Program-made: the position numbers and the translations under genes | Shown: positions 52,337 through 61,533 of the stretch, in pieces | Layout of the letters: each line of letters begins with the position of its first letter | Numbering within the stretch: position 1 is the first letter of the stretch | From: a candidate division FCPU426 bacterium | GTDB lineage: Bacteria; Oederibacteriota; PGYV01; Palsa-1178 | Assembly: GCA_963840035.1 (NCBI GenBank) | Contig: CAWIXE010000002.1 | Span: forward strand, 64,001 to 128,000 | DNA: 64,000 nucleotides | Reading direction: 5' to 3' | Notes under the pieces: generated by a model | Seen by the model: the letters and a program-made list of their open reading frames with translations, nothing else | Databases searched by the model: none | Told to the model about the DNA's origin: nothing

Positions 52337-52760
52337 ATGACTGAAACTGATAAATATACGGCTTTTATCGATGGCGCTTCTAGCGGGAATCCCGGGCATG
52401 CCGGCATTGGCGTGGTTATATATAAGGGAAAGGACCAGATACTTATGGAGTCCAAGTATATCGGCGAGGCCACAAATAACGTGGCTGAGTACTCGGCGCT
52501 TTTACACCTTCTGGATATCGCCACCAAGCATAAGATCAAGCACCTTGATATTTTCTCCGACAGCGAACTTCTGGTAAAGAGGCTTCTCCGGCGAGTATAA
52601 GGTCAGGGACGAGAAACTTCAGGAGTTTGTAAAGAACGCCATCGCCCACAGGAAGACCATCAAGTATACGGTCACCCATATCCCCAGGGAAAAGAACAAG
52701 GAAGCTGACAAGCTCTCCAAAGAAGGATCCAAAAGGGGAGGCAACATCAGAAATGTATGA
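52337..52760 (+). pseudogene. rnhA: Ribonuclease HI-family protein, apparent frameshift at ~52582 (possible assembly error)
   Basis: DGASSGNPG, TNNVAEY, SDSELLVK, then +1 frame SGEYKVRD...HIPREKNKEADKLS. Confidence 0.85.
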
Positions 52761-52932
52761 GCTTTTAGCGGGCATCTTTTTTGTGACGGCAGCCTTAAGC
52801 GTTTACGCCATGATAAAATTCGGGTTTAATATAATCTTCCTGTATATCCTTTTATTTTCCCTTGTGATTGTAGTCTGGGTTGTAGCTGTCATAATAGAAG
52901 AGAGAAAGGCAAAAAAGGAAAATGCTGGATAA
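52753..52932 (+). CDS. Small 2-TM membrane protein (59 aa, not in the ORF track)
   Basis: MYELLAGIFFVTAALSVYAMIKFGFNIIFLYILLFSLVIVVWVVAVIIEERKAKKENAG*; GGAGG upstream; overlaps the rnhA stop and tldD start. Confidence 0.6.
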   Translation: MYELLAGIFFVTAALSVYAMIKFGFNIIFLYILLFSLVIVVWVVAVIIEERKAKKENAG

Positions 52933-54280
52933 GAGCAGCGGCGCGGCGCGCCTGGCGGCCTCAGGTTTCCAAATCTGGGACATCTTTGAAGAGGAATCAA
53001 TAGTAAACACCATTGTCTTTGAAGACGGCCGGGTGGACAAGATATCCGCCGGGACAGACTATGGAATCGGCGTCCGCGGCGTCAGGGACTATAAGACATT
53101 TTACGGGTACACAAACGACCCGCAGGCATTATATAAGACCATAGAAACCATAAGCGCCGGGGCAGCGGCGGGGAAAAAGGAAGCTGATTTCAATTTAATT
53201 AAAGCCGGATTTGCCAATAAAGTGTCCATCATGCCTGACACTGTAACCCCGGAGCAGAAGATAAGCCTTCTAAAAAAGATAAATGACAGGGCAAGGTCGG
53301 CCGGGCCCGGCGTCAAGCAGGTGACGGCCACATACCTTGAAAGGATACAGTCGGTTGAGATCGTAAATGACCTCGGCCGCATGATAAAGGATAAAAGGGT
53401 TTATTCGACCTGCGCGATAATGGTCATAGCGGAGAAAAACGGCAGGATAGAAACGGGCTATACGGTTTTATCGGGCCACGCGGGTTTTGAGATCTTTGAA
53501 GACAAAGAAGTGCTGAAAAAAACAGACGAAGCCTCGGGCCTGGCCTTAAGGCTCCTGGACGCTGATAAAAAAATTACCGGCGAAATGACCGCCGTAATCT
53601 CCTGCAGGGCGGGCGGCACTATGATTCACGAAGCTGTCGGACATTCACTTGAGGCGGACCTCGTGCAGAAAGGCGTGTCGCAGTACCGCGGGAAAAAAGG
53701 GTCAAAAGTGGCCTCTGATGTAATCACGGTAATTGACGACGCGACCATACAGGGCAGGCGCGGTTCTTTCTCGTTTGATGACGAAGGCACGCCGTCGGAG
53801 AAAACAGTACTCATAGAAAAAGGCATTCTTAAGAATTTCATGTATGACAGGGAAACGGCGTCAAAAGACAAAGTGGATTCAACGGGAAACGGAAGAAGGG
53901 AATCATATAAATTCAAGCCGATACCCAGGATGCGCAATACCATGATTGCCTCCGGCAAAGGCTCTGCCGAGGACATTATTAAAGATACAAAGAGCGGTAT
54001 TTTTGTTGTGAAGATGGGCGGAGGCCAGGTAAACACGGTCACCGGCGAGTTTGTCTTTGAGGTAAAGGACGGATACATGATTGAAGGCGGGAAGATAACA
54101 TCTCCAGTGCGCGGCGCGACGCTTATGGGGACCGGGACGGAAGTGTTAAATACCATAGACGCGGTTTGTGATGACATCGGTTTTGACGCGGGTACCTGCG
54201 GCAAGGACGGACAGGGAGTGCCTGTTGCGGACGCCCAGCCGACGCTGAGGATACCTAAGATTTTGGTGGGAAGTAAATAA
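52922..54280 (+). CDS. tldD: TldD/PmbA-family metalloprotease, TldD type
   Basis: HEAVGHSLEAD, DDEG, STGNGRR, PRMRNT, CGKDGQ.VPV. Confidence 0.9.
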   Translation: MLDKSSGAARLAASGFQIWDIFEEESIVNTIVFEDGRVDKISAGTDYGIGVRGVRDYKTFYGYTNDPQALYKTIETISAGAAAGKKEADFNLIKAGFANKVSIMPDTVTPEQKISLLKKINDRARSAGPGVKQVTATYLERIQSVEIVNDLGRMIKDKRVYSTCAIMVIAEKNGRIETGYTVLSGHAGFEIFEDKEVLKKTDEASGLALRLLDADKKITGEMTAVISCRAGGTMIHEAVGHSLEADLVQKGVSQYRGKKGSKVASDVITVIDDATIQGRRGSFSFDDEGTPSEKTVLIEKGILKNFMYDRETASKDKVDSTGNGRRESYKFKPIPRMRNTMIASGKGSAEDIIKDTKSGIFVVKMGGGQVNTVTGEFVFEVKDGYMIEGGKITSPVRGATLMGTGTEVLNTIDAVCDDIGFDAGTCGKDGQGVPVADAQPTLRIPKILVGSK

Positions 54281-54315
54281 ATTCTGAATTCTGGATTCTA
54301 AATTTTGGATTCAAA
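54281..54315. repeat. Heptamer array (ATTCTGR-type)
   Basis: attctga attctgg attctaa attttgg attcaaa. Confidence 0.7.
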
Positions 54316-54333
54316 CATATTACGGAGGACAAG

Positions 54334-55107
54334 ATGAAAAAAACAATGATGCTTATGACTTCAATGTTACTGATTGCCGGCGTTATTTTTGCGGCTGAGC
54401 CGGTCACAAATACTGCCAAGGCAGCTGAAGTAAAAGCCACTGTTGCGGCAACTGCCGCGCCGACGGCTGTTCCTACAATTGCTCCGGCGGCTGTTACTTC
54501 GACTCCGGCAGCCATAGAAGGCATGACGCCTCCGGCTCCGGGCGGCCTTGAAGGCGCTTATGAAGAGGCGAATGAACCTGTACCCGGGCCTGAAGTGACG
54601 CCTGAAGCATTAACACCCAATCACAGGAAGGACAGGCACTTTACCGTTGAAATGACCTTATACACCCCGAGCGCGCTCGGCACCAGGCTGGGGTATTTTA
54701 TAAATGAGAACTGGAAAGTTATAGGCGAGTTTTCTACGGTCTCATCGCTGCTTGCGAATTCCGCGGGCGAAAAAAACCTGTCGTGGGCTGTGGGAGGCAA
54801 TTACTCGCCGGCGGACGACGACCTGTCGCCATTTTTTGGGGCTAGCTTTTCTTCTATTGATATCGCCTATGACAGCAAGGATGGAGCTGATGTAATAAAG
54901 AACTATAAAACATTTTTAGGCGCTGTCTTGAACGCGGGCTTAACTTATGTTTCCGAATCACCGCTGTTTCTTTCGCTTGAATTTGACCTGTATGCCGGAA
55001 GGTTCACACGGAAGCAGGTAAACGATACCACCCATGCAGTACCAACGGATGATACAAAATGGACCCTGTCCGTGATGCTTGGCGGAGGCATAGGAGTTAT
55101 TTTTTAA
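54334..55107 (+). CDS. Exported protein with Ala/Thr/Pro linker and probable C-terminal outer-membrane beta-barrel
   Basis: Signal peptide; alternating beta-strand pattern; terminal GGGIGVIF. Confidence 0.65.
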   Translation: MKKTMMLMTSMLLIAGVIFAAEPVTNTAKAAEVKATVAATAAPTAVPTIAPAAVTSTPAAIEGMTPPAPGGLEGAYEEANEPVPGPEVTPEALTPNHRKDRHFTVEMTLYTPSALGTRLGYFINENWKVIGEFSTVSSLLANSAGEKNLSWAVGGNYSPADDDLSPFFGASFSSIDIAYDSKDGADVIKNYKTFLGAVLNAGLTYVSESPLFLSLEFDLYAGRFTRKQVNDTTHAVPTDDTKWTLSVMLGGGIGVIF

Positions 55108-55136
55108 GCAATGCATAATAGGCAATAACGCACCGT

Positions 55137-55218
55137 TGAACCGCAGCAAGCGGCGGCTCTACGAAGAGCAAGGCGGGATTCTTTTGGTTTTTGTAGAGCC
55201 GCTGCTTGCTGCGGCTCA
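55137..55218. repeat. Inverted pair of REP-C palindromes
   Basis: tgaaccgcagcaagcggcggctctac (55137-55162) and gtagagccgctgcttgctgcggctca (55193-55218); same family as 40995 and 41235. Confidence 0.85.
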
Positions 55219-55329
55219 GACGCCGGGTTTTGAATGTAACACAAGCTGTCACCCTGGCCGTCTAAAGATTGACAGCATATATATGGTGTGATAATGTTAA
55301 TAAAGTTGTTAAAAAATACGGAGGAAAAT

Positions 55330-56196
55330 ATGAAAAAACTGATGATGTCGGCGCTGCTTTTAACGGCAATATGCGCGTTTGCCTGCTGCGCCGGAACTTC
55401 AGAGACGCTTTCCTCCGCCGTTAAACCTGATCAGGCGCCTGCCGCGGTTTCAGATGCTGTTAAGCCCGCGCAAACACCTGCCGTTGTTTCGGCAGCTGTA
55501 AAGCCGGCTCAAACGCAGGTTGTTGTTTCAACCGGAATTAAGCCGTCACTTACGCCGGACGCGGCTGATGATTCCTATCTGTATTATCCCGCCCATGTGG
55601 GCAATATCCTGTATCTTAAGGCGCGGAAAAAGGCCGAACCGGATAAGGAAGTATTTGTTAAGGCTGAAATCATAAAGATTGAAAAAAAGGACGACGGCGA
55701 TTATTTCTATTTTTACGGACCCCAGGTAAATGTGCGCTATTTGATCGGTATTGATAAAGACGGGGTATCAATGAGGGTGATAAAGTACCCGTTCCCGTTT
55801 TTTGATATTTCCATCGAAGTGGATATAAAGCCGAAGATGCCCATAATAAAGTTCCCGCTTAAAGCCGGGGCAAAGTGGCACTATGAAGGCCAGGGCGAGG
55901 CCCACCTTTTATTCATACCCATCACCAGGAACTTAAAGGCTGATTTTGAAATAGTCGAGAGGGTCACAAGGAAAACAGAGGCAGGCGACATAGACTGCTA
56001 CCACCTGAAAGTACTGCTTGACTCGGGCGACGGTAAGGGCGTAACCACCGAGGAGTACTGGTACGCGAAAGGCATAGGCTACGCCATAGCGGATACAAGC
56101 GGGCATGTGGCGTCGATAGTCGGATATAAGATTTTTGACGATACAACCGGCAAATGGAATGAGAAGATACCTGCAAACGTGGAATTATACAAGTAG
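55330..56196 (+). CDS. Exported hypothetical protein with 13-aa (S.AVKPAQ.PA.V) repeats and a beta-rich C-terminal domain
   Basis: Signal peptide; 3-4 repeats; TEAG...CY...WYAKGIG. Confidence 0.7.
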   Translation: MKKLMMSALLLTAICAFACCAGTSETLSSAVKPDQAPAAVSDAVKPAQTPAVVSAAVKPAQTQVVVSTGIKPSLTPDAADDSYLYYPAHVGNILYLKARKKAEPDKEVFVKAEIIKIEKKDDGDYFYFYGPQVNVRYLIGIDKDGVSMRVIKYPFPFFDISIEVDIKPKMPIIKFPLKAGAKWHYEGQGEAHLLFIPITRNLKADFEIVERVTRKTEAGDIDCYHLKVLLDSGDGKGVTTEEYWYAKGIGYAIADTSGHVASIVGYKIFDDTTGKWNEKIPANVELYK

Positions 56197-56226
56197 TCGC
56201 ACCCTCTACGTTTTATCGGGGTGCGT
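56193..56226. repeat. Solo REP-B whose GTAG supplies the stop codon of the upstream gene
   Basis: gtagtcgcaccctctacgttttatcggggtgcg. Confidence 0.8.
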
Positions 56227-56258
56227 ACGTAGGTTGGAAAAAAACAAAGAGGTTTAAC

Positions 56259-57152
56259 ATGAAAAAAATTAAAGTCCTTTTAGTTGTTGTAATGGCGTTC
56301 ATCCTTTTGAGCGGGTGTTCGCTTAAAAAGACAGTGGTAAATACCACGGCGCTTATTATGGACGATGTGGTTGACGCTTTTTTTGCAGACCCGGACGCTG
56401 ATTTTGTTTATCAGGCAATACCGGGCAATCTTAAGCTTTTAGACGGGTTGATCCGCGGTTCCGCTTATGAAAATGACGGCCTGCTTTTAAAGGGCTGCAA
56501 GCTATACGGCATGTACGCCATGGCTTTCTTTGAGGATGTTACAACGGATAAGAAACTTGAAAAGGCCAATTTTAAAAAGGCGGCGCAGTTTTACCTGAAG
56601 TCAAAAGAATACGGCATGATGATACTTACGAAAAATTCGGATTTCAAGGCTGTCGTCGATACCAATCTGGATGATTTTACAAAGACCCTTGCCGCGTTCG
56701 GGAAAAATGACGTTGAGACTCTGTTCTGGACTGCTTTTTCCTGGGGCAGCTACATTAACTTAAACAGGAGCTCGGCTACGGATATAGCGGACTTGCCGAA
56801 GGTGAAAGCCATGATAGACAGGGTAGTGGAGCTTGAGCCGGGTTATTTTTACGGCCTGCCCAACCTGTTCCTGATAGTATACTACGCGATGCCGAAGATG
56901 TTTGGCGGAGACCTGGAAAAGGCAAAAGCCGCGTATGACGCTGTCAAGGCGGTTTCAGGCGCGAAATTTGTCCTTGCCGATTATTTTATGGCAAAGTATT
57001 ACGCTGTACAGGCGCAGGATAAGCAGATGTTCGACACGCTTATCAATAACGTTGAATCAGCGGATGATAATGTAATACCCGAAATGCTCTTTACCCAGGT
57101 GGCAAAGAGGAAAGCGGCGGTCTTAAAGGTGAAGGCGGAAGAGTTGTTTTAA
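56259..57152 (+). CDS. TRAP transporter TatT component (TPAT lipoprotein)
   Basis: LSGC lipobox; P..LK..DGL, LFW.A.SW, P.MFGGD.EKA; precedes dctP/Q/M. Confidence 0.8.
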   Translation: MKKIKVLLVVVMAFILLSGCSLKKTVVNTTALIMDDVVDAFFADPDADFVYQAIPGNLKLLDGLIRGSAYENDGLLLKGCKLYGMYAMAFFEDVTTDKKLEKANFKKAAQFYLKSKEYGMMILTKNSDFKAVVDTNLDDFTKTLAAFGKNDVETLFWTAFSWGSYINLNRSSATDIADLPKVKAMIDRVVELEPGYFYGLPNLFLIVYYAMPKMFGGDLEKAKAAYDAVKAVSGAKFVLADYFMAKYYAVQAQDKQMFDTLINNVESADDNVIPEMLFTQVAKRKAAVLKVKAEELF

Positions 57153-57156
57153 TACA

Positions 57157-57247
57157 ATTGAAGATAGCAGATTGAAGATTGCGGATTAATGGACATGGCA
57201 ATGTTGTAAGGTTTTTAATCCGCAATCTGCAATCAACAATCTTCAAT
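57157..57247. repeat. Inverted pair of heptamer arrays (ATTGMAG-type)
   Basis: attgaag atagcag attgaag attgcgg attaa ... ttaatccgc aatctgc aatcaac aatcttc aat; 29 of 33 positions complementary. Confidence 0.85.
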
Positions 57248-57265
57248 ACCAACGGAGGTTATGAT

Positions 57266-58270
57266 ATGCGCAAACTATGGATGGTTACAATGGCTTTATT
57301 TATGATGGCATCAAGTATGTACGCGGCTGCAAAGTACGAGATCAAGTTCGCTTCTATCGCACCGGACGGCTCCACATGGATGAACGTCATACAGGAATTA
57401 AATGACGCTATCGCGGAAAAAACAAACGGCGAAGTGAAGTTTAAGTTTTATCCGGGCGGCGTCATGGGCGATGAAAAGGATGTATTAAGGAAAATGAAGG
57501 TCAATCAGATACAGGCGGCGGGATTTACTTCGCAGGGGCTTGGCGAAGTCGTGCCTGAAGTCAGGCTTTTAAACCTGCCCCTGCTTTTTAAGGATTATAA
57601 CGACATAGACAACGTGATGGCAAAGATGGGGCCGGAGATAGAGGCGAAATTCCTGAAAAAAGGCTATGTGGTCCTGGGCTGGCCCGAGGTAGGGTTTGTT
57701 TACGTATTTACCAAGAATAAGGTTGAGAGCTTAACCGACCTGCAGAAGACCAAAATGTGGATATGGGGCGATGACATCCTCGTAGGGACCATGTTTAAAA
57801 ACTTAAAGATAGTCCCGATACCGCTCGGCATAACAGACGTCATGCAGTCACTCCAGACCGGATTGATAGAGGGAGTGTACTGTTCGCCCCTTTCGGCCAT
57901 TGCCATGCAGTGGAACACAAGGATAAAATCCATGCTTAATATTAAAATAGCAAATGTCCCGGGCGGCGTGCTCGTCAGCAAAAAGTCATGGGATAAGATA
58001 CCGCCAAAGTATCAGGCAGTGATAAAAGCCGAGGGCAAGAAGTATTTTGAAAAGCTGACTAAACTATCAAGGAAAGAGAATGACGACGCGCTTGCCGTAC
58101 TGAAAAAACAGGGTGTGGCATTTACCGATATTAAAAACCCCGGGGATTTAAAACTTTTTGACGAAGTAAGCGTGAAAACAGGCAATGACCTTGTGGGCAA
58201 GTTCTACGACAAGCCCACACTCGACAGGATGTTAAAAATACTGGAAGACGGAAGAAAGGCAAAAAAATAG
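57266..58270 (+). CDS. dctP: TRAP substrate-binding protein DctP (TatP type)
   Basis: IKFASIAPDGSTW, YPGGVMGDE, SLQTGLI. Confidence 0.88.
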   Translation: MRKLWMVTMALFMMASSMYAAAKYEIKFASIAPDGSTWMNVIQELNDAIAEKTNGEVKFKFYPGGVMGDEKDVLRKMKVNQIQAAGFTSQGLGEVVPEVRLLNLPLLFKDYNDIDNVMAKMGPEIEAKFLKKGYVVLGWPEVGFVYVFTKNKVESLTDLQKTKMWIWGDDILVGTMFKNLKIVPIPLGITDVMQSLQTGLIEGVYCSPLSAIAMQWNTRIKSMLNIKIANVPGGVLVSKKSWDKIPPKYQAVIKAEGKKYFEKLTKLSRKENDDALAVLKKQGVAFTDIKNPGDLKLFDEVSVKTGNDLVGKFYDKPTLDRMLKILEDGRKAKK

Positions 58271-58765
58271 TTGAAAATTTTAAAGCGCATTAACTACAGC
58301 CTATACAACATACAAAAAGTCGTGGTTGTCATACTGTTCCTGGCGTTGCTGGGTATTTCCGCGCTGCAGATCATACTGCGGCTTGTGTTCCACTCGGGCA
58401 TCCCTAACGCCGAAACCATGATGCGCTATCTTGTCATGTGGGTGGCGTTCCTCGGCGCTTCGCTGGCGGCTTATAAGGGACGCCACATAAACCTCGACGT
58501 GGTTTCCAGGTCGCTTAAAAAAATAAACAAGAACCTTGTTAAGCTCATAGTCAGCATAGCTTCCTTTCTAATTCTGGCATTTCTGCTGAAAGCATCCGTG
58601 GAATTCATTTTAAATGAGATGCCTGACAGCCCGGCTGTTTTCTTTGTCCCGGTCTGGGTCCTTGAGACCATAATCCCGCTGATGTTCTTTTTCATGACCC
58701 TTGTTTACCTGCAGGGGATCATTGATTCAATTGGGGCGATGATCAGGGAGAAAAAGAAAAAATGA
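58271..58765 (+). CDS. dctQ: TRAP small permease DctQ
   Basis: 4 TM; QIILR, W.AFLGASLA...HI.LD. Confidence 0.85.
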   Translation: MKILKRINYSLYNIQKVVVVILFLALLGISALQIILRLVFHSGIPNAETMMRYLVMWVAFLGASLAAYKGRHINLDVVSRSLKKINKNLVKLIVSIASFLILAFLLKASVEFILNEMPDSPAVFFVPVWVLETIIPLMFFFMTLVYLQGIIDSIGAMIREKKKK

Positions 58766-60039
58766 TACCCATAATCGTAGGGCTCGCGTTAATATCGCTC
58801 GCGTTAATAGGCACCCCGCTGTTTGTTGTATTCGGCGGGCTCGCCGTGGTGCTTTTTGCCATAGCGGGAATAGACACATCGGTTGTCATCATAGAGATAA
58901 GCAAGATAGGCACGAACCCCACGCTCATCGCCATACCCTTATTTACATTTGCCGGATACCTGCTCGCTGAGTCAGGCGCACCGGTCAGGCTCATCGCGCT
59001 CGCGCGCTCGCTTGTGGGATGGTTTAAGGGCGGCACAGCCATAGTGACACTGATAGCCTGCGCGTTCTTTACCTCTTTTACCGGCGTTTCAGGTGTGACC
59101 ATAATAGCCCTGGGCGGATTGCTTTTGCCCATGTTGATTAAGGACAAATACACGGAAAAATTCTCCCTCGGGCTTGTGACCACGGCCGGAAGCATAGGAC
59201 TTTTATTTCCGCCAAGCCTGCTGCTCATCCTCTACGGCGTTCTGGCAAATGTCCCGATATCAAAACTTTTTATAGCCGGCATCATACCGGGAGCCATCCT
59301 CATACTGCTCTTTTCTTTTTATTGCATTAAAGAGGGGCTGGTAGCGGCTGAAGTGGAGCCGTTTTCATTCAAGAAACTGTTCTCTGCCATAAAAGGCGCG
59401 GCCTGGGAAATACCGCTGCCGTTTGTCGTGTTATGGGGCATATACAGCGGGACTTTTACAGCGTCCGAAGCTGCCATAATAACCGCGCTTTACGCCTTCG
59501 TGGTGGAAGTGCTCATATTAAAGGATTTATCCATAAAAAAAGACGTCCCGCGCATCATCAGGTCATCCATGATAGTGGTGGGCGGAATATTTGTCATACT
59601 CGGGTCAGCAATGGGGCTGACGAACTATTTGGTCGACGAGCAGGTGCCCATGAAGATTCTCGCGTGGATGAAGATTTACATCACGCAGAAATGGCTCTTC
59701 CTGCTGATGCTTAATATATTCCTTATCGTTGTCGGCGCCGTGCTTGATGTTTTCTCGGCGCTCATAGTGGTCCTGCCGCTCATGGTGCCGATTGCAAGGG
59801 ATTTCGGGATAGACCCGGTGCACATGGCCATGATATTCCTCGTAAATCTTGAGATAGGGTATAACGCGCCGCCGGCAGGCATAAATCTTTTCATCGCCAG
59901 TTTCAGGTTCAGGAAACCGGTAATGTCGCTCGCTAAACACACACTTCCGTTCATTGTCATAATGTTCGGGGTGCTCATGCTTATAACATATGTCCCCGAC
60001 ATAAGCCTCTTCCTGGTGAAACTGTTAAAAGTTGAATAA
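58762..60039 (+). CDS. dctM: TRAP large permease DctM
   Basis: AIPLFTFAG, GS.G.L.PPS, FTASEAA, GIDPVH, PP.G.NLF. Confidence 0.9.
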   Translation: MIPIIVGLALISLALIGTPLFVVFGGLAVVLFAIAGIDTSVVIIEISKIGTNPTLIAIPLFTFAGYLLAESGAPVRLIALARSLVGWFKGGTAIVTLIACAFFTSFTGVSGVTIIALGGLLLPMLIKDKYTEKFSLGLVTTAGSIGLLFPPSLLLILYGVLANVPISKLFIAGIIPGAILILLFSFYCIKEGLVAAEVEPFSFKKLFSAIKGAAWEIPLPFVVLWGIYSGTFTASEAAIITALYAFVVEVLILKDLSIKKDVPRIIRSSMIVVGGIFVILGSAMGLTNYLVDEQVPMKILAWMKIYITQKWLFLLMLNIFLIVVGAVLDVFSALIVVLPLMVPIARDFGIDPVHMAMIFLVNLEIGYNAPPAGINLFIASFRFRKPVMSLAKHTLPFIVIMFGVLMLITYVPDISLFLVKLLKVE

Positions 60040-60065
60040 GTTTTTATAATATATAAGGGGGATTT

Positions 60066-60797
60066 ATGAAAAAAATCATTATGCCTTTGTTATTTGCTGT
60101 TCTATGTTTGTCCGGGATGTTATTAATACAGGGATGCCACAAAAAAGCGCCTAACACGCCAATAATGCCGACTTCAACTGAAACAGCCACACCGACAATA
60201 ACTACCTCTAAGACAAATACACAGACGTATACGGCAACTCCGTCCATAACACCCACATATACCGCCACGCCGACTTCCACAGCCACGCAGACTGTGACGC
60301 AGACGATAACGCCTGACGCATCGTCAAAAGCTTACGGATTTGAGGATAATACACAGCAGGGTTGGGGTAAGAATAATTCGCTCGGGGCTGCATCTTATGT
60401 TGCAGTGACAGATACCACCGTTTTCAGCGGAACATACGGCCTTGAAGTCAAATGCGCGTATGACTTAAGCAACGACAGGATAGGCATAAAAAGATCCTTC
60501 ACAGGGTATCCGGTGTACTTAAGGAATAAAACAGTTGACGCTAAAATATTCCTGACGGCTGAGATGGCGGTTGTGGCAAACACATACATGCCTGAGCTTA
60601 CGCTTGTGGGTTATGACGGTACAGTATACCCGGCTATATCACCGGGAACATATTTTGTGGCCGGGTGGAACTCCATGTCGCTTTCGGTGCCTGATACTGC
60701 CGAATACGAGATGATAGGGGAAGTAAGGATAGCCCTGAAAAATGACATGGCTTCAACATACAGTAATTTTACCTTTATTGACGACATTTCCTGGTAA
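60066..60797 (+). CDS. Lipoprotein with Thr-rich linker and carbohydrate-binding-like beta-sandwich
   Basis: IQGC lipobox; TxT repeats; YGFED...GW...FIDDISW. Confidence 0.7.
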   Translation: MKKIIMPLLFAVLCLSGMLLIQGCHKKAPNTPIMPTSTETATPTITTSKTNTQTYTATPSITPTYTATPTSTATQTVTQTITPDASSKAYGFEDNTQQGWGKNNSLGAASYVAVTDTTVFSGTYGLEVKCAYDLSNDRIGIKRSFTGYPVYLRNKTVDAKIFLTAEMAVVANTYMPELTLVGYDGTVYPAISPGTYFVAGWNSMSLSVPDTAEYEMIGEVRIALKNDMASTYSNFTFIDDISW

Positions 60798-60810
60798 CAG
60801 TGGCTTTAAA

Positions 60811-61296
60811 ATGATATACGTCATCACAGGCGTTTTAGGGTCGGGCAAGTCTACCATAGGAAAAATGATATCTGATAAGCTGAAAATACCATTCTATGAC
60901 GCTGATGAATACATAACCCATGAAGACCGCAAGAAGCTTTCCAAAGGCATCACCATGACCGAAAAAGAAATGAAAGACCTCATGTTTGCCTTACGCGCCA
61001 TAGTGGACAGGGAGTTGGCCAGGGGCGGAAGCGCGGTTATAGCCTGCACCGCGCTTAAGGAACAATACAGAAAACTGTTAATGCACGACCACGGGAATAT
61101 GAAGCTGATTTTTTTAAAGGGCGATAAAAGCGTTATTGAAAAACGACTTAAGCATAATAAGACACACCATAACGCGAGCTGGGAGATAGTGGAGAGCCAA
61201 TTTAAGATACTCGAAGAGCCCAAAAACGCGCAGGTTTTCGACATAACCATTACCGCGGAAAAGATAGTGGATGAGATAATAAAGCAGGGAAAATAA
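60811..61296 (+). CDS. gntK: Gluconokinase (GntK/IdnK family)
   Basis: GVLGSGKSTIG, DAD, IACTALK..YR, SQF..LEEP. Confidence 0.8.
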   Translation: MIYVITGVLGSGKSTIGKMISDKLKIPFYDADEYITHEDRKKLSKGITMTEKEMKDLMFALRAIVDRELARGGSAVIACTALKEQYRKLLMHDHGNMKLIFLKGDKSVIEKRLKHNKTHHNASWEIVESQFKILEEPKNAQVFDITITAEKIVDEIIKQGK

Positions 61297-61376
61297 ACCG
61301 TTTTTACGTTCAATACGGTCCGGACAAACCTTGGCTTTTCGATTTATACAAACAACATATTATGATATTATCTTGA

Positions 61377-61494
61377 CTGTCATTGCGAGGAGCCGATTTT
61401 GGATTATGGCGACGAAGCAATCCCTGCTGTTTTTAAGACTTAAAGCGAGATTGCTTCGTCGGAAAAGAAATAAAGCGCCTCCTCGCAATGACAG
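61377..61494. repeat. Nested-palindrome miniature element (GTCATTGCGAG type)
   Basis: Outer IR ctgtcattgcgaggag/ctcctcgcaatgacag; inner IR cgacgaagcaatc/gattgcttcgtcg. Confidence 0.8.
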
Positions 61495-61533
61495 ATAAAA
61501 TACAATATGAACCGATATAAAAAGGAGACTTAC

